DNA of 63,489 nt, counting the filler, from Folioceros fuciformis (Eukaryota): assembly GCA_049999805.1 (NCBI GenBank). It is 6 parts of 5 records of this genome, joined end to end, with 100 filler letters (N's around TTAATTAATTAA, not from the genome) between each part and the next. Parts side by side here need not be neighbours in the genome. Positions count along the whole stretch, not along the records: positions 9,191 to 19,474 come from JBNGIO010004588.1; positions 19,575 to 39,117 come from JBNGIO010004588.1; 4 more parts are not named here. The stretch is one strand, 5' to 3'. The notes beneath the pieces were generated by a model. That model was not told the DNA's origin and searched no databases. It saw only the letters and a program-made list of their open reading frames with translations. Below, in pieces: positions 13,076 to 25,722 of the stretch. Position numbers and translations under genes: made by a program. The stretch's first letter is position 1. Each line of letters begins with the position of its first letter.

Positions 13076-15194
13076 CTAGTTGAGTTCATTAACATCACGT
13101 CTAGTCTCATTAGCATGATACGTGTCACTAGCGTCGTCTTGTACTCGCGTTACGGTTTTCTTGTATCTGTAAACCCGAGCCAAGAGGAGGAAGACGAGGA
13201 AGTCGGCAGAGCAAAGAGCGGCCAGGAGCCAGAAGAACTTATCGAGACGTGAGTCGTGAATGCTGACACCAATCCAGCGGTGGTGACCGGCTCGACCGGT
13301 TACCCGGTTGGTGAGCGTGACGATGCCCGAAGCGAGGAACATGCCCACCCCGACGCTGGTGCAGTGGAAGGCGGTACCCAAGCTCCGCATGTGGTCGGGC
13401 GCCTGGCCGTAGAAGAATTCCATCTCGCCGACCGATCCGAGCGCCTCCGCTACCCCAACCAGCACGTACTGAGGGACCAGCCAGAAAACGGAAATGGGCG
13501 AGGAAGCGGACCGCCTTCTCCGTTCCACCACGGCCGCACAGACGTGGCACGAAACGGCAACCACCTTTCCGACTCCGATTCGTTGGAGTGATGTGAGGCC
13601 CCGGGGGTTCCCGGTCATCCACCGAGCGACCGGCGCCACCGACCGGTCGTAGAGCGCGCAGGTTGCGAACACCGCGATCGAGACGAAGATGTTGGTGTTG
13701 GCGGGCTGCAGGGAGACGTTCTTCCACACGTGACGATCCATGGCGCTGGCCTGCTTGGTGAAGAGCGACAGAGCCTGCCCGATGCTGGCCTGGAAGATGA
13801 GCTGGGCCAGCCATATGGGCACCATCCCCACGAAGAGCTTCACCTCCTCGACCTCCGAGACGGTCGCCAGAGTCCATGGCCCGGCGGGCGTGCTGGGATC
13901 CACGGCAGCGGCCTTGTCTAAAAACCTGCATTCAGATGCAGGTTCCAGCTGTGTCAGTGGAGTGCAGGGTCACATGTTTGTTGAGAAGGGTTTGCGCAGT
14001 GGTCCCCAAGGAAATTTAAGGAGCACAAGGGGCAGGACTGCGGAACTATCGTGCCTGAAGGATTGGCTGTGGGGCATGCGGCGTCGGCCGGGGATTGGGT
14101 CCGGGAGCTCGTGGAGGAGGGTCTTGTTGGTGGGGACCTGGACGTGGAGCTTGGAGAGGGCAGCAATGAGGACTCGGGCGACCTGGGTCACCGGGCTGCC
14201 GATGGGCGGCTGGTAGCGGTACAAGGGGCTCCCGCTGAGGTAGAGGGCCGCGGCCACCCCCAGGCCCGCGGCGGGGATGCCGAAGCCCCAGGCCCAGTTC
14301 ACCCTCTCCTGAATATAGACGATGACGGTGACGGAGAAGATGGCGCCCGTGGCGATGGCAGTGTACCAGTAGTTGAAGAAGGATCGCTTCTGGTGAGCCT
14401 CTTGCGGGTCCTCCTCGTCAAACTGGTCCGCGCCGAGGCTCGAGATGTTGGGTCGCATCCCGCCTGCGCCGATAGCGACGATGTAGAGGGCGGCGTAGAA
14501 GATGAGCATCTGCCCGGACGATGCCTTGGCGCAGGGCTCTTGGAAGGGGCTCGCGCACGGGGGTGGCTTCAGTCGGTCCAGGGATGCTGTGAGCGTTAGC
14601 AGGACGTAGCCCTGCCATGGTCAGAAGGTCAGACCCTGCTCGTCACCGGAGAATGAGCGCGGAGTAGTTCAGACGCCCACCGTCAAGTAAAATACGAGGA
14701 AGAGGTTGACGGTGGGGAATCGGCCCAAATAGGCGTCAGCTACAAAGGCTCCGATGAAGGCAGTGATGTACGCGGTTCCCGACCAGTTGTTCACATTCTG
14801 CACGGCAGCGTTGAGGCTTTGGTGCAGCACTTCTGTGAGGTACATCACCAGATTTGCGGCAATGCCATAGAATGCCATTCTCTCCATTACTTCGTATGCT
14901 GTGGGTCGTCAGGAATCCATTCAACACATCACTGCATGCTCAGCACGCCTTGACCACTTCAAGCATGCAATATTGTGCTAGACAGTCCTGCAATGCAGCT
15001 ACCAACAGCCGACAGGGCACTCCTCGGAGCCCTGTCCAGAATTCATGGAATACGATGTTACCGAAGATAAACGAGCAGCCTTTCCAGCCTCCCGTCCTGG
15101 ACTTGACGGCAGGTTTGCCATGGAGATCCAATGTCCCATTGGCGGTGGTGCCGTTGTGCCAAGCCTCCTCCTCGACATTCCCCGGGATGGTCAT
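13076..15194 (-). CDS. NRT1/PTR family (NPF) transporter, copy 2 (4 exons; third intron appears to be GC-AG)
   Basis: Motifs GTLDLHGKP..TGGWKGC, EVMERMAFYG, GAGGMRPNISSLGADQFDE, EVEEVK, VFWLVPQY, MEFFYGQAPDHMRS. Confidence 0.93.
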
Positions 15195-16219
15195 TTCTGG
15201 CGTGCTTCAAACGAGGAGCCTTCCTCCACTCTCACCAGCTCCGGATCCGACCACAGCTTTCTGGGGCCGGCCAAGGGGCCAGATGAAGGGAGTCCATGGC
15301 ACTCGAGCAAGTGACAAAGGTGGGCAGCCAAGAAACCGGTGGTCCATCATGCTCGTACCCCATTTCGATCAATGGACATTTTCAAGGCCTGAACAACACA
15401 TTGCAAGCACAAAGAGANNNNNNNNNNAATGGACATTTTCAAGGCCTGAACAACACATTGCAAGCACAAAGAGAGCTGGTGGCCCCACACTGCAACTACC
15501 CCCCTTTCGGACTCTCTAGCTTGACCAAAGGCTTATTTCCGAGATCAAGCTCCACACTCAAGAGTTATTTTTCCTCTTGCGGACGAGAAAACGCTCATGC
15601 AATGAAGACATTTGCTGTTTTGATTCTTGGAGCATGACTTATTTCCGGTATGCAGTGCGGTACGGTTCTCGACAACATGTCCATAGCTGGATATGTGAAG
15701 TGTGGTCCTGGCCAGCTCCCAACCAACTCGCCCTCGTGTTTTAGGATCAAGACTTGGAACGTGCGTGAAGGAGGCCAAGATTTGGGCACAGGCATTTGAC
15801 TGCTATGTGGAATACTACGACCTGATCATGTGGAAGGCCAGCTGCTCATGTTTGCCTTTCAGGCTGCTACGAGACACTACAGACCACTATCGATGGCAAA
15901 ATCTTGCCCGCAGCTGACCAAAGATGGTGCTGTGTGTCATCCTCCTGCACAATTCTTCGTCATCGGTATATAACTGAATAGGGGTGTGCTTCTGTTTGGT
16001 GTACTGACCTCAAATCAATAGGCTTGGACGATCTCGTCAGTTCAAAGGCTTGAGTCCCAGAAGCTGAATGTGGGAAACGGGCACAACTAACTTATCCAGT
16101 TGGGCAGAAATCATTTTTGTCTTCAGGCGGGGCATATAGATGTGCTATTAAATTGCCTTCAGCTTTTGGGCAACTTCCTTCATCCATGGCTGCTGGAGAC
16201 TGAAGATAACATGAGTGAC

Positions 16220-18429
16220 TCAAGGCAGAATTGGCTTCAGCTCAACGGCTTGTACCGCAGTATCTTTGTCTTCATCCTTTACCACAGAGCTCTCCACTTT
16301 CTTGTACTCGTACCTGTGTGCGACGAACAAGAAGAGAAGGAAGTCCAGTCCCGTGAGGGTGGCAATGAGCCAGTAGTAGCTTTGCACCTTCGACCTGTTG
16401 AGGTTGTTGTTGAGGATCCAAGGCTGCCGCCCTCCCCGACCTGTGTACTTGTTGGTGGTCTTCAGCAATGCGGTGCTCAGGTAGCTGCCCACACCCAGAA
16501 TGCTAAGGTACGCAGCACTCCCGACACTTTTCATGTGGTCCGGGGCCTGGTCGTAAAAGAACTCCATCTGGGCGACGATGCAAAATGCGTCGGCCACTCC
16601 CCCTATGACGTACTGCGGCAGCAACCAGAAGATGCTGATAGGAATTGTCTTGAAGGGATGGTCCAGCAGGCCATGGTCCTCGGCTGCCTTGTGCCGTTTG
16701 CCTTCCACCAAGGCTGCCACTATCATGCTCACAAAGATTAGGAAGATTCCAATCCCCATCCTAGTAAGCAGGGTGATGCCCCGTGGGTTTCCGGTGAACC
16801 TGCGCGTCACAGGCACCAGCACCCGGTCATACAGTGGAACTGCAGTGACGATGGATATGGCGGAGAAGAACTGGAAGGATGCCGGAGGGATCTTGAAGGA
16901 GCCCAGTCTCGTGTCCATGCTAGCTCCCTGCTTGGTGAAGAACGTGGTGGCTTGGGAGAGGACTATCTGGAACATTAGGTTGGTTGCCCAGATGGGAAAC
17001 ATGCCCACGAAGAGCTTGCACTCCTCGACTTCCGTGACCGTGCAGAGCTTCCATGGGCTCGCCCTGCCGGGTTGGACAGTGCCGTCGATAGCTGCTGCCC
17101 TGTCTAGAAACCTGGTCGGACACCAACCGCAAGCAACACGATTCTGATTAGCATCGGCAAGCGAAGGACTTGTGCAGGGAACAATGATAGTTCGTGCAAC
17201 TTTGAACTTTTCCTTAGCAACCTGAAGTTCTCGGAGTGAAGCATCTGCCGCCTGCCTGGATCTGAAGACTTCCTTTCCGGAGACTCGTACAGCAAATCGA
17301 TGTTTCGAAGCTTCCAGTTCCTCAAGGAGGCTACTATGACCCGAGCGAACTGTGTGAGAGGGCTGCCAGTAGGCGGCTTGTGGCGGTAGTACGGAGTACC
17401 CACAAAGAAGACTATGAGAGAAACAACCAGGAGGACAGCAGGAATCCCGAATCCCCATCCCCACCCCACGTCGTCCTCAATGTAGACGAGGATGGTGGTG
17501 GAGAAGACGACTCCGATTCCCACTGCCATGTACCACCAGGTAAAGAAGGATTTTTTCTTGACATCCTCCTTTGGATCCTCCTCATCGAACTGGTCCGCTC
17601 CCAGAGTCACCACACACGGCTTCATTCCCCCCGTCCCCAGCGACAGCACGTAGAGGGCGACGTAGAAGAATCGAAGCTGCCTAGGAGATGCCTCGATGCA
17701 GTTAGGGGGCGCCACGCAGGCTGGCGGCCTGAGAGAAGGCACGGACGCAGCCACCGTCAGCATCACAGAGCCCTGCCAAAAAACAGGAGTAACAGCCTTA
17801 AGCAAGGACTGGACGTGCAAGCCTGAGAGTGATCAGCAGAAGCCTCAGGTCGGGCAGAAAATGACCGCAACGTAGAAGACGGAGAAGACTGTGATCGTCC
17901 AATACCGCCCCAGCAGGGCATCGGCAACAAAAGCTCCCAGGATGGGAGTCAAAAACACAGTTCCTGACCAGTTGTTCACGTTGGAGATCGCCGTGGGCGT
18001 GGACTGGTGCAGCACCCCCGTCAAATAGGTGATTAAATTCACCACTACCCCGTAAGATGCCACCCGCTCTGCCACCTCGTTTCCTGCATCACGTTATTCA
18101 AACCCACCCACAACCGTCAGCTCAACAACGTCAACGCCAGGCCGGCCATGCTCGATTCTTTCCTCTCAGCTTGCTTTCATCTCAAGACCATAGAGCTACA
18201 GACCGAAGATGAAGGCGCAGGCCCTCCATCCTCCAGTCTCGTCCCTGTTCACCGGCTTCCCGAACAGGTTGACGGTGCCATCGAGTGTGACTTCCCGATG
18301 CTTAGACCCCTCCCCGTTCCCCACACGCAGTTCCTCAGGATCCTTGCCCACTTTCAGCACCGTGTCTCCTGCGCTCTCCATCGCCGGAGTCACCTTCAAC
18401 TCTGCAGGTCCGTCTTCCACGCATCTCAT
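16220..18429 (-). CDS. NRT1/PTR family (NPF) transporter, copy 3 (4 exons)
   Basis: Motifs DGTVNLFGKP..TGGWRAC, EVAERVASYG, GTGGMKPCVVTLGADQFDE, EVEECK, IFWLLPQY, MEFFYDQAPDHMKS. Confidence 0.95.
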
Positions 18430-19474
18430 CCTGTATGCTCCGCGCCCAGCCTTCCGGCGCAGCTCACGGGGACTCCACCACGTGCTTTCCCTTTACCAGA
18501 ACCTGCAGAAAAGCAACAGAAAGCAGAAAGCAATCCAGCTGCGCTCATCTCTTATCAGCTACTGTATGTGCACAACGTCAGAGGTGGAGGCAAAGGCAAA
18601 AGCCAGATGTACCACACCGACCATCGAATCTAGCTGACGCACCTATCGGACGATGAGGACAGAGACAATGCAGTGCCGTTTTCCGCCCGCGTCACCATCC
18701 CAGGTGAAGATCCGAGTCGTGGAAGGTGGATTCGAGGTGGCGCGGGGGCACGCAGCCTGAGGATGATTGTGGTGGGCATGCATCAAGTCTTGAGCGTGTG
18801 ACGATCTACTACTGGGACTGGAGTCCCGGCTCAGTCGGAGACGGCTTTATTCAATCCATGTCTCCGGTTCCCAAGCTCCAAGGCCACGGATATTGCTTTT
18901 GGCCACGGCTACCCGGTCATATCCTATGTCAGTGCACATCATCACTGGCTGGCACTGGCTGCGCGCAGCAATTGCCGCCCACACCAGTCTACAGCTCTGA
19001 CACCATTTTAATCTCCCTTTCTATGCCTCAATACTGGGAACTCTCAATTTTATATTTTATAAAATCTCACGGTTGGAATCGGCGCATGTATTTGTGTGTG
19101 GGCGTTTCTATTTCGGGCGATGGCGTTTTCAATGCATTGCACGCGTCTGCTCCTTTCTGCGCCAGGCACCCATGAAGTCTCTCTGCCACATTCCGCGAGG
19201 GATTATTTTAATTTTTGTATAGTGATGGTTGACTTTTAAATATCTTAGAGTATAGGTACGGTACAAGATTAAGATATCGAGTCCGCCGAAAACCTCTAAC
19301 AATTATGTTCTTTACAGCTTAAAGTATGCAAGAATCTAGTTTTCTTTCTATCACAAATCCCACTGGACATTAAATATAGAAGCAGCCTGATAATTAAGAC
19401 GCATAGTCCTGGGCGTTTGGAATACCCCATCGTGGGACACCACCCACGATGCCACGTACCCACCTGTTTAGGGT

Positions 19475-19574
19475 NNNNNNNNNNNNNNNNNNNNNNNNNN
19501 NNNNNNNNNNNNNNNNNNTTAATTAATTAANNNNNNNNNNNNNNNNNNNNNNNNNNNNNNNNNNNNNNNNNNNN
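19475..19574. other. Artificial scaffold-joining linker
   Basis: N44-TTAATTAATTAA-N44. Confidence 0.97.
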
Positions 19575-21989
19575 TCTCGACTCAGCAGAAGGCTATCTTG
19601 ATGATCTGTTTTGTGATGTTTTATCTTAAGATATCTGAAAGTATATCAATGCTTTGTTTTGTCATGTGTCAAGTCCAAGTTGCTAAACATGGAGCATAGG
19701 TGGTGGAAATTACCCTTTAAAGTTTGAATTTATCGCAAAACCCAATTTTTGTGAACAAAACCAAACTATTTGAAACACTTTTCCTCATGGTCCACCATAA
19801 TCTGGTGTTTTGGCACTTGGCAGAGCAGCTTGTGCTGCACACACAATCTCTTCTCAGAGAATAGAGCAAGAGCTAGCGGTGGAGGGTGAGCTTCAGGTCT
19901 TGTCATGGGCTCTTCGTGGCAAAATTCACCTCTCAATTCCATGATGTTATGCAGCTGTTAGCAGCAACTGAGTAATTACAAACTGAAACTGGCATCCCCT
20001 CTTTTTACTGATTGTAGAACGTCTACTACAATTTTTGGCCTTACATCTAGAGCAATAAAAGACCGTGCTGATGTAGCTTTTCCACGATGATCTATTAGCC
20101 CATGTTGACATTGATAAGTAGTGATGTTACTGCCTTGAGTAGGTTTAGCATGATACTTCCTTTCTTCCTTCACAGCCCAATGATGCACCCTACAAAATGA
20201 GTTAGGGAAGCAAGAATTTTCTTGCTCACCAACAAGAAAATCAAGAACCCGGTTATCTGGAATATAACCATGCTTCACTTCCGATTGGGAAAGCTTTCTT
20301 TGATGAACAACAGCAAGCCAAATCAAATCTTCCTTGCAAAACGTGCATGGCTTAGGATTTTGCACTTGAAATGTGACAATAGATCCGCCATTTTGGATCC
20401 ACTTGCACAATGTTGTAAACGTTTATTGGGCAAGACACCTTCGGTCATAGCCATGCAACCAGGACGTCACATGATTAGACGACTGAACAATCACGCTAGC
20501 GTCCTCAAATGTGTTGGTCTTGCAAAGTGGAATCATGTCGATGTGAACTACTTGTAATGGAGCTTATTCCTTGTAATGATAGGACTTTGCCACACATTCA
20601 ACACACTCAATGTGCCCGTGTTACTGAGCACGATGCTGGATAAAGAAACAAGCAGGCCATGTTGCTCACCACGAATAGAGAGCTCTTCGTTAGGAAGGGA
20701 TAGACAAGCCTGGTCGGCAGATCGCAACAGCAAGTAGATCACACGTGTGGTACAACGTTAAACTTCACACGTTAAACTTCGGTGACGAATAGGCGACATG
20801 CAACATAGTAGCCTACCACTCAATAGAAAGTAAGTTATGGAGTAGTGGTGAAATTTCTGAAGAACACATAGGATTCTATCCTTATGAAATTTAAAGGATG
20901 GACTTCTTGTCTAAGTGCCATAGTTCTTATACTTGAGCAAAAGCTTTTGTCATTCCAATTTCGGTGGTGAAACACTAGATTTGCACAATAAAAAATAATA
21001 AAAAAGGTGATTGACTAACTCACTAAATGCATAGCTTTTATGTGAACTATGTGCACATGAATGGTGAAAGATTTTTATTCTACCCCTTCATAATATTCTT
21101 GCAAAGTAGAACCTATACCATTGGCCATTTATGCCGTTGGTTTCCACATTATTTCACACATATATCTAAATGGAACAGAAATGGTTACCAGCCCACCACC
21201 ACACTAAGTTATTTTCTTATTGGCAAGGAGCTCATTTCAAAACTACCAAAAAAACAAGTGGCCCAACGGCAATTAGTTAATCATACGTAGCCTCAGCCTA
21301 ATAGCGATTTGAGATCAATAAGGATGAAGAATCCACCATCTCCTACCCTAAATGGCTAATTATTATATGTTCACAAGTAAATAAACCGTCTTCCATAGTT
21401 TATGTTACAACATACCATATGGAATACAATTTATGAGACCAATCTTATTTTAATGGGAATAATTATGTGTATGTCTATGTATTGAAAACCAACAAAGCTC
21501 CTAACCTGGTGTTGCAAAAACTACATACTCAATTGCTTATACCTGCATTCGTAACATTTTAGTAAAATACAGAAGGTTTTGCTAATTTTGCCAAGCTCGT
21601 TGCAAAATAGGTGAAACCCCACAAGAAAGCATTTGAAACTCACTTAATAACTCATACCCAAATTTATAATATTTTAGTAAAATAAAAAGGGTTTTGCTAA
21701 TTTTACTAGCTTACTTGTTGGGAAAAGTAGTGAAACTCCTCAAGAAAGCATTTGATGTAACATATTCTAAGTTCATGTTATTCTGCCATAACAAAACTAT
21801 AATTTCACTAGCCTCTATGTGCCTTTTAAATTATGAAGATCTTTTACCTAAGTTTGACACCGATGTCACAAACTTAATGCTCCTCAAGCTAATTCTTCTT
21901 AGCCACTTTATTAGTTTATACTTACCATGTTGTGGAGTCTTCCAGCTTCAAGATTATAAGGTGTGGACGAGTGAGTATGGTATCTCCAC

Positions 21990-22110
21990 CAGACACCCCA
22001 CTCACGCTTACTGTGATCACATCAATCCCATGATCGTTTTAAGCTTTTCGGGAATTGCTCCCTTGAGCCTAATGGTCAGCTATACCTGAACTACATCTAT
22101 CAACCATCTA
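21990..22110 (+). repeat. Dispersed repeat fragment homologous to 60040-60155
   Basis: CACATCAATCCCATGATCGTT...GGAATTGCTCCC...TGGTCAGCTA versus CACATCAATCCCACGGTCGTT...GGAATCGCTCCC...TGGTCAGCTA on another scaffold. Confidence 0.7.
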
Positions 22111-23289
22111 CGATAATTGACACTCCCAATCATATGTTTCCCAATCCAACAACACTCAACTTCTCATAAGTTGAATCACCTCCACGATGACTAACACTTA
22201 GCACATCATAACATTGAACAAACAATTTCCTCTTCAAGCTTACAGAGTTATGGATCATAACTTTCTTCTATTTGTATGTTAACAAACCATCTCTCGGTTT
22301 GAACTTGCTTTCTTTCTCTACCACCCCATTCATCCTGTCCTACACTTTAGGATCTTGTAGATAAGCTTGTTTTATCTCTTTGTGAGTATTCATAGGTTCA
22401 ATCACAATTGCCATTGCGTTCAATTCTTGACTATGCTGGCGACTCAGTGCATGTGCAACCTTGTTCTCCTTTCCAAGCTTATAGTTTCCAGTCATATCAT
22501 ACATAGCTAGAAAATCTCGGCATCTAGCCTATCTCGGGTTCAACTTCAATTGATTTCATATCATATGAATGCAACTTCCTTGACTCAAAAGCTAACGACT
22601 TTTGGTTTTACATCAAAACTCCACCTATAGCTCATTTAAGGCATCACAAACCATACAGGAGAGAAGCTTACTTGTTCTTCAACTCGAGGAGCTCCTCCCT
22701 TCGTTGGAGGGATTTTCTTGCTATTATCCTACATCCCTATACAAGGTGAAAAGGTCCCCTTTGTAGGTTGGCCCTCTGTAGGTTATATGTTCCCTATTGC
22801 TCCCTCTTTAGGTAGATTGTCTATGTGGGTACGTAGGTTCCTTTTCCCAACTTGGACTCCTCTACTCGGGGTGCAACCTCCTGTCTCTCTTGATGTGTGC
22901 TCTTTTCAACCCAAGATTGCTTCTTGGGTTTCCAATCCAAACTTTTTGGATTCTTTTGAAAATATGATGGTAAGAGCACAGTCGCCAAGGCTTCGCGGTC
23001 GTCATTATGTGGCCCAAGATATCGTCGCCTCACTTGCGCCACTAGTTCCTTGTCATGGGTAAGGAGACATTAGTGTAGGTGGATATGTTGGGATCAACTC
23101 ACCGAAGGTTGCAACTCTATTGTGCCAAATCCATGCCATCCAAGCCTACAACCTAATCGCCACCATCACACCTACTCTTGGTAGATATCCTTTTCAATAT
23201 CCACAATCCCTACGTTTAGTTGTAAGTCAAGGTTTTCTTTATGATAGACATGGAGCCACGTCATGCACCCGAGCACATCTGCGGCTCCC

Positions 23290-24285
23290 AGCTATAGTAA
23301 CCGAGTAGGTAACGCCTGCATCTCCTCCCCTTTCGGCATCCAGTGATAGAAGGTGTTCTCCACCTTCTTCCGCATGATTACACAAATTTTCACCTGTGTG
23401 ATGGTTGCGTCAACAAGCCTCGGGAAGAAATCTTCTTGGATTCGGCGAGCCCATCGCTGCGTTGCCAAGTTTGCTCTTCAAGGCTTTTTCTGGACTCCTT
23501 GAAACCTCAGTAGGGGCTCAGACTGGGTCTTCACTGAGCTGACACTCCTGCCTTCTGGAAGGAAGTAAGGTTGTCTACTCTTACACCGAAACGAGGAGGC
23601 TTGCTTTTGTCGAAAAAACGGGAGTCCACATGTGGGACCTCAACCACCCGTCCGATTATTTCCAGCATCCTATTGATCAGTGGAATAAGCTGTACCAGCA
23701 AGTGAGGCAACCACACCCAAACAAAGTGCCTCTTGATCTGGGAATGCATGATTGTGCTTCCGAGAGACCATGCCTCGACCATCACTAGGGTTGAGCCTTT
23801 GAAGGGCAGTGTTGTTTGCAAGAGTGCAAGGGCCCCAACAGCTTCATCACATTTAACCTGAAACGAGCATCCTCTTTCAGGAAGACATAAGCGGGGGGAC
23901 ACCCTATGACCAGAGTAACCCATTCCTCCAGCTTGCCTACAGAAGGTGGCCCTCTAGCAGAAAGCTGCCCCACCATTGAGCTACCCGACAGCCTAGTCTC
24001 CTCTTGCTGAAAAAATCGTTCCTCGGTAAGGATGTCTGCCAAAGGACTAAGTTGAATGCCGGCCTCCTCATTGCCGAAGCCGAGACAGATTCCATATTTG
24101 TGCCCTCATTTGACCTCCCATGAGCGGTGTCATTCTCGAGAATCCATACCTGAGCCTCCTTCCTAGGCACTGCTTTCTTCCGCCTAAGCTCATTCGGATT
24201 AGTTGCTTTCTCTCCCCCGTTAGGCTTCCGTCCATTCTGCACGCTTGAGCACATACCGGCCACTTCGGCCCATGTGTGGATTGTT
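23290..24285 (-). mobile_element. Degenerate L1-type LINE ORF1 (DUF4283/RRM-like) remnant
   Basis: Frameshifted peptides MVGQLSARGPPSVGKLEEWV... and VEAWSL...FVWVWLPHL...IIGRVVEV...PRFGVRVD are typical of plant LINE ORF1. Confidence 0.6.
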
Positions 24286-24370
24286 GGTACGATGGAAGCA
24301 ATGAGCCCCCCCTCGTCCCCGACCCTAAACCCTAAACCCTAAACCCTGAGCTCATTGCTTCCATCGTACC
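24286..24370. repeat. Perfect 21-bp inverted repeat enclosing interstitial telomeric (CCCTAAA)3
   Basis: Arms GGTACGATGGAAGCAATGAGC (24286-24306) and GCTCATTGCTTCCATCGTACC (24350-24370); CCCTAAA x3 at 24323-24343. Confidence 0.92.
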
Positions 24371-25722
24371 GTCACCACTTCTGTCAATCCATGTCTTGCA
24401 CACCGCACACCGCTCTTCGTCCTTCAATCTCCACACTCCCTACCTTTAGTTGTAAGTCAAGGTTTTCCTTGTGATAGACATGGAGCCATGCACCCAAGCA
24501 CACACTTGGAATTAGTACGAAATGTATGAGCTCGGATCACTAGCATCCTCTAATACCACCGTCTATAGGTAACTTCCGTTCACAAATACTTTCCCTACAT
24601 AGATGCTGCCTCCTATATCAACGCCCACCCTAAGTAGGTACAGCTTCTTTGTAGGTAGTCATCCCAAGTAGTTCCTTCTTTTCCCAACACAATACTACCT
24701 TATTCTACTACCACACACATAATCGACCAAAACAAAACTAAACAAAGCCAAAAACTTTACTAACTACTGACTACCTATTGCAGTTTTGCCAAAAACTCAC
24801 TTTCCACATAAGAGAGCACTACGTGAAAGGAAAAACTCCTTAACCGATTTGCATATCTAAGGAACCAAGTTGCTCATGGACCACACCCATGGGTATGGGA
24901 TGCCACAATGGGGTTGTTGGTGGTGTTGTGCTCCTCATGCATCCACAAGCCTTAGGTTGAAAATGGATGTGACCTGGCTAAGTGGAAGTCTAGCAAAAAA
25001 AATCAAAGTTGTCTCAAGCAAGAAGGAAGCCGATGGTGAATTTGTCTATAATTTTAAACATAGAGTTGAGAAAATTTCTAATTGTGGTGGTGTGCATGTG
25101 GAGAATTTGCCTATAATTGTAAACATGAGTTGGGTAGATAAATGATTGTGATGATCTTTAGGCGGAGGAGGGTATGCTGTACTAAGATTGCTGGCAATTG
25201 TGGGGTAAATCGTACTTTTATTTGTGGGAAATCACCATGTAGTACTAAGTAGTAATCCCTGGTTGGTTCAAATTGAATGGAGTCAAACTAGGCTAGCTTA
25301 TACAAGGGACACCCTTATTTCTAACAAAACTCCTACCTTAATAAAAGATTGGAGCTCACCTGCACGTGCTGAATAATAAAGACTCTTAGTCCTGCCTTTG
25401 AAGCTACTAAAGACTGATCTTCTGTATTATAATTCTTTATTATTTAAGCTGCCTTGGAAGATTAGTCTTGGAAGGAGAGTCTTGGTAGCTTCGGCGCAAG
25501 CAGCCTTGGAAGGAGGGTGGGCTTGACGTAATAATATATTTTTATATTTATTAAAAATTATATACATTTTCCATTGAAATAGAAATAGTTTAAAATCTTA
25601 AAACTATTTACAAAAAGAAAAGAAATGGTGTAAGCGGCTATGTGAAGGAAACCTTGGAAAATTGAAACCATAGGAAATTGCATGAAAAGGAGAAATTGGC
25701 CTTGGAAGGCTTCCCAAGAAGT

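Larger units (their letters stand above)
23193..24503. repeat. ~80-bp imperfect direct repeats (23193-23278 and 24423-24503) flanking the LINE remnant
   Basis: TCCCTAC[GC]TTTAGTTGTAAGTCAAGGTTTTC...GATAGACATGGAGCCA occurs twice. Confidence 0.85.

Noticed and set aside
15371-15475. 47-bp direct repeat around a 10-N gap (similar cases at 46042, 46316 and 56089)
   Set aside because: Identical sequence on both sides of a small gap is a scaffolding overlap artefact.
19575-20760. Possible transposase remnant (Cys-rich, SWIM-like fragment)
   Set aside because: Too degenerate; catalytic motifs could not be identified.
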